The notes: generated by a model from the sequence alone, not told the origin. Shown: positions 39,601 to 51,200, numbered from the stretch's first letter. The stretch is 64,000 nt of DNA from Bacteroidales bacterium (GCA_013138975.1 WTBR01000065.1:43750-107749); one strand, 5' to 3'. A program made the numbers and translations.

Positions 39601-42600
39601 TTAACTTCATTCCGAATAGCGAGGGTATTTAAGAAAAGACCAACTATATTTTCCAAATCTGAATGTTTACGATCTACTATCGGGCTTCCTACAATTATAT
39701 CATTTTGCCCACTCAACTTTGAAAGAAGTAAGGTGAAAATTGATAATACTGACATATATAGGGTTATATCATTTTCTTTTGCAAAAGCCCTTATATTCTC
39801 AGTTTCTTCTTTACTTAAAACAAAACGTATACTTGCCCCTTCGTATTCCTGAATGGCAGGGCGAGGATAATCTGCAGGTAGATCCAAGATTGGTATTTCA
39901 CCTGAATACTTATCCAACCAATATGACTCCTGTCCTTTTATTCTCTCTTGCTGTTCAGGGCTGTTCTGCCATTCACTAAAGTCTTTGTAATGCAATTGTA
40001 AAGGTTCTAAATCTCTTCCTTCTAGAAGTTTATAAAAATCCTTTTCTAATATTTCATGAGATTTACCATCACTAATGATATGATGCATATCGATCATTAA
40101 CAAACTTCCTCCTCCTTTTACATTTACTTTGGATACTCGTAAAAGGGGGGCTTTACTTAAATCAAAGGCTTGTATGAATTGATGCCGCTTTTGCTGTACT
40201 TCTTCTTTTGTAATGGTATATTCTTCAACGGTAAATTCTACTTCTTCGTGGATGCGCTGAACTGGCTCTTCTCCTTCTATCTCAAAGCTTGTGCGGAAGC
40301 TTTCATGCCGTTTTATTAGTTGACGGAATGCTTCTTCTATTTTTTCTTTATCTGCTTCTGTTCCCAGTGAAATTATATAAGGCATATTATATGCTGTTGA
40401 TTCCAATTCCAACTCTTGCAATAAATACATGCGTTTCTGTGCCGGAGATAATGGGTAATTTGATTGTTCCTGCGCTTTTGGTATAGATACAAACTTTTTC
40501 TTTGTACTTCTTTCTATATGACTTGCCTGTGATTTTATTGTTGAATGTAAAAATACATCTCGTAAGGGAAATTCAACTCCTATTTCTTTATGTATCTTAC
40601 TTGTTAATACAGTAGCTTTTAAGGAATGACCTCCTATGGAGAAAAACTTAGTATTTACACTTATATCTTTCTTATCAATATTTAATACATCTGACCATAT
40701 TTTAACCAACTTTTCTTCCGTTTCATTGGATGGTGCAACATAATCATCACCTGCTTTTATTTCCGGTGATGGCAGAACTTTACGATTTACCTTTCCATTT
40801 ACATTTAGGGGTAAACTTTCTAATTCTACAAAATAAGAAGGAATCATATAATCGGGAAGTTGTGCTGATATATAAGATCTTAACTCTTCATGATTGAGTT
40901 CTTCTTTACAAACTATATATGCGCATAGGCACTTTTCATTGTTTTTTTCAATAGCCAGAACTACACTCTCTTTTATGTTTTCATGTTTTAATAAAGTACT
41001 CTCTATCTCGCCTAATTCGATCCTAAAACCACGGATCTTTACCTGATGATCAATTCTTCCTAAAAACTCGATATTACCATCGGGTAACCAACGAGCTAAA
41101 TCGCCTGTGCGATATAAACGCTCTCCTTCTTTGAAAGGATGCTCGATAAATTTTTCTTCTGTTAATTCTGGATTATTTAAATAAGCTATTGCTAGTCCTT
41201 CTCCACTAACACACAATTCGCCAGACACTCCAATTGGTTGAAGCTGGTTGTATATATCTAAAATATAAACTTGACTATTTTCTATTGGCTTACCAATTGG
41301 AATATTATTTTCCAGTTTTTGAACCTCAAATCTAGTAGTTACTACTGTATTTTCCGTCGGTCCATAATTATTATATAACTTATATTCTCTTTTAGTAAAA
41401 CTATTTAACTTATCACCTCCTGTCAATAAAAGTCGCAACGAATTATTTTCATACTCTATAAAATTTTCACAAAACTGTGTCGGTAAAAAACTAATTGTTA
41501 TGTCTTGCTTATGAAAATATTCGTTTAAACTTTGTGAATCAATTTTTATATTTTCATCTATCACATATAACGATGCCCCAACGATTAATCCAGGAAAAAG
41601 TTCCCAGACTGAAGCGTCAAATCCGAAACCGGCATACTTACTTATACGATCTTTTGAATTAATCTTATAAAATTCATTATGTCCAAAACATAAATTCACT
41701 AATGATCTGTTTTCAACTAATGTTCCTTTAGGCAAACCTGTTGATCCTGATGTATAAATAATATACGCAGCATAAGATGGTTGAACTAATTCTCCAAGAT
41801 CACTTGAAGCTAGTGAATTCATATCATTTGTATAAACATTATTTATACAAATATTTTTATGACTTAAAAATTCTTTTGTAGTGTCTCCAGTGAAAATTGT
41901 TTCTATACAACTATCCTGCAATATAAATTGAATTCGAGAATCGGGTAAAGAATTATCTATTGGGAGGTAAGTTTTTCCTGATTTTAATATTCCGAAAATA
42001 CCAATATACAGCTCTATTGAAGGTTCATATAATATACCAATAATTTCAGATTCATACCCATTCAAGTCAATCAGATATCGAGCAAATTGATTGGATCTTT
42101 CATTTAATTCTTTATATGTCAGTAACTGATTTCCATAAACCAATGCTATATTATCGGGAGTTTTCTCTACCTGCTCCTCAAATAACTGATCAATGGTCTT
42201 ATCTTTTGGATATTCTGCTTTTGTATTATTAAACTCATACAATAACTGATGTTTCTCCTCTTCTGACAGAATATCTATTTCAGAAATCTTAATCTCTGGC
42301 TTTTTTACTAATTGATCTACTATCTGTTTAAAAAATACTATAAATCTATCTATTGTCTCTTCTTTAAATAATCTTGTACTATATTCTAAATTTAAAAATA
42401 TATTATTATCAAATTCAATTGCTGTTAAATTTAAATCGAATTTTGATGTTCCCTTCTTATGACTACTATCAATATCTTCATTTATTGTCCCATTATTCTC
42501 AGTTTGATTCAACAAATTAAACGTTACATCAAAGATCGGGTTCCGGCTTGTATCTCTTCTTACACCTAGCTTGTCAACCAAATCTTCAAACTGGAAATCC

Positions 42601-43751
42601 TGATTTTCAAACGACTCTAATGTTGTTTGCTTTAATCTTGATATAAACTCTTTTATCGTTTCATCTCCTCTTACTTCATTCCTTATTGCAAGGGTATTCA
42701 CAAACATTCCGACTATATTCTCCAAATCAGGGTAATTACGTCCTGCTATTGGACAACCTAATACTATATCTTCTTGTCCGCTTAATTTGGAAAGCAGAAT
42801 TGTATACACTGTCAATATACCCATGTAAAGGGTGAGACCATTTTCTTTTACCAGTGACATTAAACTTTTTGTTTCATTTTTACTTAAAACAAAGCTTACT
42901 GTTGCCCCTTCGTAACTTTGTATATGTGGACGAGAATAATCTAAAGGTAAATTTACAACAGGAATTTCATCTGAAAATTTTTTTAACCAATAGTCCTCTT
43001 GTTTTTTAACATTCTCTTGTTGCTCCAAACTATTCTGCCATTCACTATAATCCTTATATTGTAAGCTTAAATGTGATAATTCTTTTCCTAAATAGAGAGA
43101 TTGGAATTCTTGTTCTAAAATATCAAGTGAAACTCCATCACTAATTATATGGTGCATATCTATAATTAAAAAACTTCTCTCTTCTTTTCCTTCCACTATA
43201 GCTGCCCGCAAAAGTGGAGCTTTTGATAAATTGAATGCTTGTATGAATTTATTTCGTGCAGATTTCATATTAGTTTTCTCAATTGAGAATTCTTCAATCT
43301 TAAATTCTACTTTTTCATGGACACATTGAACAGGGACTTCATCTCGAACTTCAAAACTCGTACGAAAGCTTTCATGACGTGCAATCAATTGGTGAAATAC
43401 TTCTTCAATTTTATTCTTATTTATATCATTTCCTAGTTTAATTGTATGCGAGATATTGTAACTTATTGAATCTAAATCCATCTGTTGCAATACATATTGC
43501 CTTTTCTGTGCAGATGATAATGGATAGTAATCTTTTTTTAATGCTGGTTTTAATAAGGTATATGAATCATAAACCCCTTCTGAAGATCTTTTTAAGAAAT
43601 CTATAATATCTAACTTTAATCTTTTTATATCATTAACTATATCTGGGGTAAGAACATTTTTCGGTGCTGCAATTTTAAGATCTTCATTTTTTAATTTAAT
43701 AGTTACACCTAAGTCTTTAATTCTAAATATAAAGTCCTGAATATTTTTCAT
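36654..43751 (-). CDS. NRPS, 2365 aa: docking-C-A(Leu-like)-T-C-A(unknown)-T-TE
   Basis: HHIISDG at aa 199-205 and 1223-1229. A cores are YTSGSTGLPKG and YTSGSTGVPKA. Carrier motifs are GGHSL at aa 1040-1044 and 2087-2091. The TE has GYSAG (aa 2204-2208) and a GSHFEM His. The start overlaps the PKS stop (ATGA). Confidence 0.97.
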   Translation of the reverse strand: MKNIQDFIFRIKDLGVTIKLKNEDLKIAAPKNVLTPDIVNDIKRLKLDIIDFLKRSSEGVYDSYTLLKPALKKDYYPLSSAQKRQYVLQQMDLDSISYNISHTIKLGNDINKNKIEEVFHQLIARHESFRTSFEVRDEVPVQCVHEKVEFKIEEFSIEKTNMKSARNKFIQAFNLSKAPLLRAAIVEGKEERSFLIIDMHHIISDGVSLDILEQEFQSLYLGKELSHLSLQYKDYSEWQNSLEQQENVKKQEDYWLKKFSDEIPVVNLPLDYSRPHIQSYEGATVSFVLSKNETKSLMSLVKENGLTLYMGILTVYTILLSKLSGQEDIVLGCPIAGRNYPDLENIVGMFVNTLAIRNEVRGDETIKEFISRLKQTTLESFENQDFQFEDLVDKLGVRRDTSRNPIFDVTFNLLNQTENNGTINEDIDSSHKKGTSKFDLNLTAIEFDNNIFLNLEYSTRLFKEETIDRFIVFFKQIVDQLVKKPEIKISEIDILSEEEKHQLLYEFNNTKAEYPKDKTIDQLFEEQVEKTPDNIALVYGNQLLTYKELNERSNQFARYLIDLNGYESEIIGILYEPSIELYIGIFGILKSGKTYLPIDNSLPDSRIQFILQDSCIETIFTGDTTKEFLSHKNICINNVYTNDMNSLASSDLGELVQPSYAAYIIYTSGSTGLPKGTLVENRSLVNLCFGHNEFYKINSKDRISKYAGFGFDASVWELFPGLIVGASLYVIDENIKIDSQSLNEYFHKQDITISFLPTQFCENFIEYENNSLRLLLTGGDKLNSFTKREYKLYNNYGPTENTVVTTRFEVQKLENNIPIGKPIENSQVYILDIYNQLQPIGVSGELCVSGEGLAIAYLNNPELTEEKFIEHPFKEGERLYRTGDLARWLPDGNIEFLGRIDHQVKIRGFRIELGEIESTLLKHENIKESVVLAIEKNNEKCLCAYIVCKEELNHEELRSYISAQLPDYMIPSYFVELESLPLNVNGKVNRKVLPSPEIKAGDDYVAPSNETEEKLVKIWSDVLNIDKKDISVNTKFFSIGGHSLKATVLTSKIHKEIGVEFPLRDVFLHSTIKSQASHIERSTKKKFVSIPKAQEQSNYPLSPAQKRMYLLQELELESTAYNMPYIISLGTEADKEKIEEAFRQLIKRHESFRTSFEIEGEEPVQRIHEEVEFTVEEYTITKEEVQQKRHQFIQAFDLSKAPLLRVSKVNVKGGGSLLMIDMHHIISDGKSHEILEKDFYKLLEGRDLEPLQLHYKDFSEWQNSPEQQERIKGQESYWLDKYSGEIPILDLPADYPRPAIQEYEGASIRFVLSKEETENIRAFAKENDITLYMSVLSIFTLLLSKLSGQNDIIVGSPIVDRKHSDLENIVGLFLNTLAIRNEVKEDNTIKEFVARLRQNVLDAFENQEYQFEELVENISIGRDLSRNPLIDVMFNLLNHIDFSKNQEIEDTKNIYSEGNVKFDLYLRGWEHRSNIVLIFEYRKKLFNKETISKFIDYFKILTDQVALNQQKKISTISLLSIEDRKIKIEKFNEIITDPEIEELTIQEIIRRSFRNNQDKIAIKDENGEISYKELQNRYTAIAMHISNLGIKEGSLIGVYSNDRVEVISIILGIIHARCVFVPLDANFPVNRILSMVEQVQLNWIIVGEGMDRVFQQNQNNLTDTQFINLNNEIYNTNWKSGIKLEYLPSDPLYIYYTSGSTGVPKAILGKNNSLAHFIKWEISEFSICHTYNFSQLTNPGFDVFLRDIFAPLVAGGSICIPNEGIQLNGEKLIDWIEKSDVTLMHCVPSVFRQMNKVELNSGRINGLKYILLAGEKIIPFELKKWYEIFEERIQLVNIYGPTETTLAKSSYRIKIEDISRQYIPIKPIKGSRFIVLDKNQNICPTGISGEIYIRTPYKTLGYYDVNGNEKMSFIQNPFSENPDDLVYKTGDIGKEVKGECIELLGRHDNQVKIRGFRIELGEIENVLLKYENVKECIIIVRGEGDDRYLCAYVVLGQKEYENDFRSYLTDLLPEYMVPSCIVEIESLPLTANGKVNYKALPLPQVKADHNYVGPASETEEKVVAIWSRILNIPITEISVLADFFELGGHSLKVLNVVSAIKTEFGISLPLMHIYKASNIQAIAKDIMANKFVSIDYEIYNDKNKENIFCFPPMIGYGLCFAEVARLIPEYCFHSFNYVENIDLVNYYANKILEIDNQSSYRLMGYSAGCKLVSLVAKELEQRGKVVSDVILIDGLWNEKDLEKMQSLKEEEIEKSLDFFIDSTYEQMKKINLDSLMDQVRRKIVGYNSFLRNITKFEIINANIHFIHSQWHEENRKETLGKVQSMKEYTNNHFSLYPGNGSHFEMLFPVHIETNVKIISDILKKK
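36672..37325 (-). other. Thioesterase (chain-release) domain of the 2365-aa NRPS
   Basis: aa ~2143-2360: IFCFPPMIGYG, GYSAG nucleophile elbow, ILIDG, C-terminal GNGSHFEM. Confidence 0.85.
43587..43751 (-). other. TubC-N-like N-terminal docking domain (2365-aa NRPS)
   Basis: IFRIKDLGVTIKLKNEDLKIAAPKNVLTPDIVNDIKRLKLDIIDFL fits the pattern L..L...GV.L..E...L....P...L...L...I...K..L..FL. Confidence 0.65.
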
Positions 43752-46700
43752 ATTATAATCTCTTCCATGTTATTATTTAAATACTCAACTAATAATGCTA
43801 TAGTAGGTCTTTTAAAAATCTCTTTAACCCCTATTCTTACACCAAATTCTTTATGTAGTATACTAAATAATCTCATTGCTTTAAGAGAATTGCCTCCTAA
43901 TTCAAAGAAATCGTCCATTATTCCTATCTTTTCATATCGAAAGAACATATTCCATATCTCAGTTATTTTTACCTCCATTTCAGTCTTAGGTTCAACAAAT
44001 TCATTACTTAACTCAGGACGGGAATATAATTGAATTTCTGATTCTGATTCTGATTTAAGTTCCGTATTCTCTTTGGTCAAATTAACAACCCATTTTTCTA
44101 ATCTATCATTTAAGTCCGATATTGACTGAACCACATATCCAAGACCACACTCTTTGAGTGACAATATATTTTCTATCAATTTAGTTCCTTCAGCAGTTAG
44201 TACATACTTTTCACTTAATTCGTTTGCATCCTTTTTATCCCTGCTACTAAACCATCCATCCAAATCAACATTTATCCAAGGAATACTTCCATTTCGCAAA
44301 TCATTATTTATTACTCCATTCATATATATATTGGAACACGCATAAGCACCAAAACCTAAACCACCCAAAATAGATGATACAGACGATGTAACAAAGCAAA
44401 AATCGATACTATGCTTTTTTATAATTTGCCGTAAAGCCATTAATCCATAAAGTTTTGGATTGAAATGCTCTTTATTTATTTCTTCTGTTAATTTAGTTAC
44501 AGGAACAAAATAGTTTGAGTTTATCACTCCTGCAAAATGAAAAACTCCATTTATAAAGCCAAACTCTTTTTTACTTTCATTAAATACAAACTCTAGTTTT
44601 TTCTTATCACTAACATTTAGATTGTAAGTTCTTACAGTTCCTCCTTCTAATTCTATTTCTTTAATTACTAATATCTTTTTACTTATGCTATCATCAAGGC
44701 CTTTTTCATTTATCCAATTATCCCATTCATTTCTAGAAGGAAATTGACTTCTTCCTAATAATATTACTTTTGCTTTGTATACTTTACCTAAATATTCTGC
44801 AATATCAAGACCAATACCTCCAAGTCCACCAGTTATTATATAAACCCCTCCAGTTTTTAGCAAATTACTTTTTTCCTTAATTTCGATATTTATAGATCTA
44901 TAACTTTCTGCCAATCTTTTCCCATACCTGTATGCAATTACTCTCTCTTTACTTTTGGTAAATATTTCATTTATTATATTGCTTAATTGTAATTTTTCTT
45001 TAAAGCATGGATACTCAACATCTATAATTTTAGTGTCAATACCTGGTATCTCTTGACCAATTACTTTTAATAAGGTACCAATCATTCCTCTTTCTGGGCA
45101 AAGAGTTTCCTCATCGTTAATATTACATGCTCCACTTGTCACACTTACTATTTGAGAATTCTGACTTAAAAAATCTAACAATTCTTTAACGATATTTATA
45201 ATTGTCCTATAACCTTTGTCAATTTCAATATCATGAATATTATTCTCATCCTTGTTACCCGATATTTCCCCAAAATTCCAAAAATGTAATACTTTATTAA
45301 AAGACGTATCTTTTTGTATAAATTCATTTTTTAAACAAATCAAATCATCTATACAATTAGCTTTTATGCTATACTTATTTTTATCAAGAATTTCATAATT
45401 TAAGTCAAGCCAAACCTCTGTAATTTCATGATTATTTTCTTTGAGATTTTTTATTACATCTTTACACAATTTACTTGCATTACAAAAAATCAGTAACTTT
45501 TCACTTATAATAACATTTTTGTCTTTTTTAAGAAGTACAGCTTGTTCCCAAGAAGGTGCGTAAAACCATTCAGACATTCTTCGCCTTTCTTTAGGCGCAT
45601 ATTCGCTATTTTGAAGCTTTTGACTTATTAACTTTTCGATATTTACTTTTGATTCAAACTTGTGTTTATCAAACTCATAGCTTGGCAAAGAAACTTTATG
45701 TCTAATTTCTCCCGCATAATATTTCACCCAATCTATTTCAACCCCGTTCAGCCATAATTCACCAATTTGATTCGCAAAATATTCGTTATCATCTATTAAT
45801 TCTTTTTTATGTTTTATGAGATTTATTGCACTATCACTGTTTCGAACCTTTTCGTTAAGTTCGACAAATGAAACTAAACCTTTATCCGAACCAAGTTGTA
45901 CAAACACTGTATCTCCTTTCTTAAGAAGATTACTTATTCCTTTTGAGAATTTAATTGTCTCTCTTAAATGTCTACTCCAATATCTATCACTTGTAGCTTC
46001 CTCATTTTTTATCCAGTCACCACTTAAACCAGATATGTATGGAATTTTTGGTTCATTCAGTTTCATTTGAGATATTCTCTGTCTGAATTTTTCCATAATA
46101 GGAATCATCATATTTGAGTGTCCTGCTCTTGGAACTTTAAGCATTAGTGTATCAAATCCATCCTTTGTGACAACTTGTTCAAATTCTTCAATATCTTTTA
46201 CTTTACCAGACACAATACATAAATCTTGTCCATTAATTGCGGCTAACGAAATATCGCTATATTTAGATATATATTCATAAATTTTCTCTTCAGTCATATT
46301 TACAGACATCATTAAGCCTGGATCAACACTTTCCATCAGCTCACTTCTAAGTGCAACTACTTCAAGAGCATCTTCAAGACTAAATACTCCAGATAAACAA
46401 GCTACTCCTATTTCTCCAAAACTATGACCAATCATATAATCTGGCTTTATACCAATATTAATTAATAGCTTTGCTAAGCTATACTCAAATACGAATTTTA
46501 TAGGTTGTGTATATAATACCTGATTTATTTTACTTTCATTTTGACTTTTAGAATCATCTGCGGCAAATAAAATCTCTCGTATATCAAATCCCAATCTTTT
46601 TTTTATTATCTCGCTGCACTTATCAATACTTTCTTTAAAGCAAGATTCTTTTTCATACAATCCTCTCCCCATATTTACATACTGAGATCCTTGACCTGAG

Positions 46701-48274
46701 AACATAAACACAACATTTTTATTGGTATTTTTAGTAAGCTTGCTTTTTATTTTTAATTTATTATCAATATTTTCTATACCTTCTTTGATATCACTACAAA
46801 CAAACATTTTTCTATGAAAAAAATGTTTTCTACCTATTTGCAATGTATAAGCAATATCTGCAAAGTTAATGTCGGAATTCTTTACCAGATATTCTTTTAA
46901 GTTCTGAATGTTATTTTCTAAAGCTGTTTTTGTTTTTCCTGAGATTAATAAAATTTTACAATCTCTACTTATTATCGAAGACTTTATTTGTGGAGGCTCT
47001 TCTAATATTGCATGAGCATTTGTACCTCCAACTCCTAATGATGTTACTCCAGCTCTTAAAGGATACTTATCGTTTTTCCATTCTTTAGTTTCAGTATTAA
47101 CATAAAACGGACTATTATCAATATCAATTTTGGGATTAGGATTCTTAAAATGTAAACTTGGGACTAGTGTTTTATTATTTAAACACAATACCGTTTTTAT
47201 AAATCCAATTACACCCGCGGCTGCATCAAGATGCCCAGCATTACTTTTTACAGAACCTATTGCACAAGAATTTCGAATATCTAAATTGAATGCTGATTTT
47301 AATCCTTCAACTTCAACAGGATCACCTAAACTTGTAGCGGTGCCATGACATTCTACATAGCTAATACTTTCGAAATCTACTTCAGCCATTTGCATTGCAG
47401 TTCGTATTACTTCAGCTTGTCCTTCAATACTTGGAGCAGTAAACCCTACTTTTCTATTACCATCATTATTTATTGCAGTTCCTTTTACTATAGCATAAAT
47501 GTTGTCACCATCATCAAGAGCGTCTTGTAATCTTTTTAATACTACAATACCAATCCCATTTCCTATAACTGTACCACCAGCTTTTTCATCGAAAGATCGA
47601 TTATGTCCATCGGGAGAGTTTATCATTCCTTTCTTATAAGTATATCCCATTTTTTCAGGGTTGAAAGTTACCCCCCCAGCTAATGCAATATCACATTGAC
47701 CTGACAAGATTCCTAAGCAAGCCGAATTTATAGCAACCAATGAGGTTGAACATGCTGTATATATGGTTACGGCCGGCCCTCTAAGATTTAATTTATAAGC
47801 TATTCTTGTAGCTAGATTATCTTTATCAATTACCTGAGAATTTTCCCAAGTATATTGACCTTTTATATAATTAGATGCTTCCCAATTAAATTTCCCCGAA
47901 GCCCCAGCAAATACTCCAATAGATCCTTTAAATGTATCAGGTATACAACCAGCATCCTCTAATGCCTTCCATGCATGTTCATGAAAAAGACGCAATTGAG
48001 GATCCATAACTTCGACCTCGTTAGGAGCATAACCAAAGAAATTTGAGTCAAAGCATTCACTATCATGTAGATAACCTATAGCTTTAATATAATTAGGATT
48101 TTTTATTTCATTCTCACTGATTCCTGCTTCCAATAATTCATTATCATTAAAGAAAGTAATCAACTCTTTTCCTTTTTTCAAATTATTCCAAAAAGTCTCA
48201 ATATCCTTAGATTGTGGGAATTTTCCAGACATTCCTATTACTGCTATTTCCAAACCATTATAATTCTCTTCCAT
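43748..48274 (-). CDS. Type I PKS module, 1508 aa: KS-AT-KR-carrier
   Basis: KS has TACSTS (Cys175, nt 47750..47752), ECHGTATSLGDP and SNAGHLD. AT has FSGQGSQ, GHSFGE (Ser618, nt 46421..46423) and RAGHS. KR has YIITGGLGGIGLDIA and ..GAYACSN. The carrier has FFELGGNSLKA (Ser1463). Confidence 0.97.
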   Translation of the reverse strand: MEENYNGLEIAVIGMSGKFPQSKDIETFWNNLKKGKELITFFNDNELLEAGISENEIKNPNYIKAIGYLHDSECFDSNFFGYAPNEVEVMDPQLRLFHEHAWKALEDAGCIPDTFKGSIGVFAGASGKFNWEASNYIKGQYTWENSQVIDKDNLATRIAYKLNLRGPAVTIYTACSTSLVAINSACLGILSGQCDIALAGGVTFNPEKMGYTYKKGMINSPDGHNRSFDEKAGGTVIGNGIGIVVLKRLQDALDDGDNIYAIVKGTAINNDGNRKVGFTAPSIEGQAEVIRTAMQMAEVDFESISYVECHGTATSLGDPVEVEGLKSAFNLDIRNSCAIGSVKSNAGHLDAAAGVIGFIKTVLCLNNKTLVPSLHFKNPNPKIDIDNSPFYVNTETKEWKNDKYPLRAGVTSLGVGGTNAHAILEEPPQIKSSIISRDCKILLISGKTKTALENNIQNLKEYLVKNSDINFADIAYTLQIGRKHFFHRKMFVCSDIKEGIENIDNKLKIKSKLTKNTNKNVVFMFSGQGSQYVNMGRGLYEKESCFKESIDKCSEIIKKRLGFDIREILFAADDSKSQNESKINQVLYTQPIKFVFEYSLAKLLINIGIKPDYMIGHSFGEIGVACLSGVFSLEDALEVVALRSELMESVDPGLMMSVNMTEEKIYEYISKYSDISLAAINGQDLCIVSGKVKDIEEFEQVVTKDGFDTLMLKVPRAGHSNMMIPIMEKFRQRISQMKLNEPKIPYISGLSGDWIKNEEATSDRYWSRHLRETIKFSKGISNLLKKGDTVFVQLGSDKGLVSFVELNEKVRNSDSAINLIKHKKELIDDNEYFANQIGELWLNGVEIDWVKYYAGEIRHKVSLPSYEFDKHKFESKVNIEKLISQKLQNSEYAPKERRRMSEWFYAPSWEQAVLLKKDKNVIISEKLLIFCNASKLCKDVIKNLKENNHEITEVWLDLNYEILDKNKYSIKANCIDDLICLKNEFIQKDTSFNKVLHFWNFGEISGNKDENNIHDIEIDKGYRTIINIVKELLDFLSQNSQIVSVTSGACNINDEETLCPERGMIGTLLKVIGQEIPGIDTKIIDVEYPCFKEKLQLSNIINEIFTKSKERVIAYRYGKRLAESYRSINIEIKEKSNLLKTGGVYIITGGLGGIGLDIAEYLGKVYKAKVILLGRSQFPSRNEWDNWINEKGLDDSISKKILVIKEIELEGGTVRTYNLNVSDKKKLEFVFNESKKEFGFINGVFHFAGVINSNYFVPVTKLTEEINKEHFNPKLYGLMALRQIIKKHSIDFCFVTSSVSSILGGLGFGAYACSNIYMNGVINNDLRNGSIPWINVDLDGWFSSRDKKDANELSEKYVLTAEGTKLIENILSLKECGLGYVVQSISDLNDRLEKWVVNLTKENTELKSESESEIQLYSRPELSNEFVEPKTEMEVKITEIWNMFFRYEKIGIMDDFFELGGNSLKAMRLFSILHKEFGVRIGVKEIFKRPTIALLVEYLNNNMEEIII

Positions 48275-48276
48275 GA

Positions 48277-51200
48277 TTAACGTCTTGTTTTTTTTAATAA
48301 AATTTTCATTGATTCCTTACCTTTATTGATTTCTTCAGTTCTATTATTTTTAGAAACATCAAAATCACTAACACCTTCAATGTAATTAGCTAATTTTCTA
48401 ATAGATGTATTTCTAAATAAGTCCATAATATTTAATTTATAACCTGTTGAATTTGTTATCTTCTGAACTACTTTTATCATAAACAATGAATGACCACCTA
48501 GCTCAAAGAAATTAGCGTCAATTCCTATTTTTTCTTTTTCAATTCCTAAAACTTCAGACCAAACTTCCACAAACTTCTCTTCGATTTTATTTGTTGGTGC
48601 CTCATAATCGTCTCCCACTTTTACTTCTGGCCAGGGTAAATCTTTCTTATCTACTTTTCCATTTCCAGTTAATGGAATAGATTCTAACTCTACAAAATAA
48701 GCAGGTATCATGTAAGCAGGAAGTTCTCTAAATAGGTAATCTTTAATCTGATCAGTATTTAGTTTCTTATTATATAATACTATATATGAACATATTGATT
48801 TTTCTCCTTCCTTATCAAGTGCAATAGTCACACATTCTTTTATATCAGGATGTTTTAATAAGCAATTTTCAATTTCCTTAAGTTCAACTCTATATCCACG
48901 AATTTTTATTTGTTCATCTATTCTATCAATAAATTCCAAATTTCCATCGCATAGAAATTTTGCAAGATCTCCTGTTTTATATAATTTTTTCTCATTTAAT
49001 ATCGAATTTTCAACAAATTTCTCATCGGTTAAATCTTGATTACCAATATATCCCCTTGCAAGACTATCTCCTCCAATATATAATTCGCCACATACACCTT
49101 TTGGAACGGGATTACAATCTTCATCTAAAAGATAAATTCGAGAATTAGCCGCTGGGATTCCAATTGGAACTGCCTTATTCAAACTTTCTGATTTCTTATA
49201 TTGATAAGTCATACAACCAACAGTTGCTTCAGTTGGGCCGTATTCATTAAAAATCTCTATTTTGCCTCTGTATTTATCTAAAATTTCATTAGCCAATTTG
49301 GTTTCCAATTGTTCTCCACCAACAATAAATCTTTTAACATTAGACACATCCGAAGGAATTATACTCGAATCATCCCTGATTAGTTTTAAATGTGATGGGG
49401 TTAATTTTATTACTCCTGACTTATTATCATTCAATACCTTATTTAATAAAATCTCATTAGGTATATCGGAATATACAACAACTGCATTCCCGGATATCAA
49501 TGGGGTAAAGATTGAAGTTACAGTTAAATCAAAGGAAACGGATGTATAAAAAGGGAAATTTACTGTTTCATTTCCAACATAAACTTTTTTAGCCCACCAG
49601 ATATAATTTACAAGACTTCTATTTTCTATCATTACTCCCTTAGGCTTGCCCGTTGTACCAGAAGTATATATAATATAAGCTAAACATCCTGAATCATAAT
49701 TTATATTAATATTATTTTGGTCTTCATTAAGATTCCAAATTTCTTCAATTTTAATTATTTTCTCAATATCGATATTTAAAAATAATTGCTCTCTGTCATA
49801 ATCAGAAATATTCGAATCTAAAACGACCAATTTAGAATTACTATTCTCAATAATATATTTTTTTCTTTCTAATGGAAGATTTAAATCTATTGGAAGATAA
49901 GCTCCTCCGGCTTTTAAAACAGCTAATAAAGTAATTATCGTTTTTTCTGAACGCGAAATTAAAATTGCAACTACATCATTTGAACCTATTCCTTTCTGAA
50001 TAAACTGAACAGCTAAGGAATTAACCTTTTTCATTAAATCCTGGTAATTCATACTCTCTTCACCAAAAATTAATGCTTTAGCCAGTGGTGTTATGGAAGC
50101 TTGATTTTCTATTAATTCAATAATAGTTTTATCTTTTGGATAGCTTTCTACTGTTTTATTAAAATCAATTAGGGTTTCCTGCTTTTCTTGTTTTACTAAA
50201 ATATCAAATTCAGAAATCTTAATATCAGAATTTGCACATAACTGCTTAACTATTGATTTAAAATAGATTATAAATCTATCAATGGTCTCAGATTTAAAAA
50301 GTTTGGTACAATATTCCAAGTTCATCAACAATTGATCTCCAAAATCAAAGGCTGTCAAATTCAGGTCAAATTTTGATGTGCCTGTAAAATGTTCATTTGT
50401 AATGCTTTTTAATTCCCCTGCAAATTCATCATGATTCAATAAATTAAACATTACATCAAAAAGAGGATTTCGGCTTATATCACGCTCTAGAGATAATTTA
50501 TCAATCAAATCCTCGAATTGACATTCCTGATTATCAAAAGCTTCTAATGCATTATTTTTTACATTGATAATAAAATCAGACAATCGCTCATTCTTTTTTA
50601 ATTCATTTCTTAAAGCCAGTGTATTTACAAACATTCCAATTATTCCCTCCAAGTCTGAATGGCGTCTTGAAGCTACAGGAGTACCAATGATTATATCTTT
50701 ACTTCCACTTAATTTTGACAGCATAATATTGAATACTGCCAACAAAACCATAAAAAGTGTTGCATCATTTTCTTTTGCAATACTTTTTATAGCTGAAGTT
50801 TCTTTTTGAGTCAAAACATAATATACGGATGCTCCACTATGACTTTGCAATGAGGGTCTGTTATAATCATATGGTAATTCCAGTTTAGGTATTTCACCAG
50901 AATATTTTTCAACCCAAAAACTCTCTTGCGCTTTTATATTTTCTTTTTGGGTTTCGCTATTTTGCCATTCTGAAAAATCTTTATATTGTAATGGAATTGA
51001 TGGTAACTCAATTCCTTGTGACAATTGACTAAACTCTTTTTTTAGTATAACATGAGAAACTCCATCACTTATTATATGGTGCATATCATATAAAAGAAAA
51101 TTTCTACCTCCTTCAGTCTCAAACATTTCAACTCTAAGTAAAGGAGCTTTAGATAAATCAAATACTTTTACAAATCCCTTTCTTGCATTTCCAATTTCTT

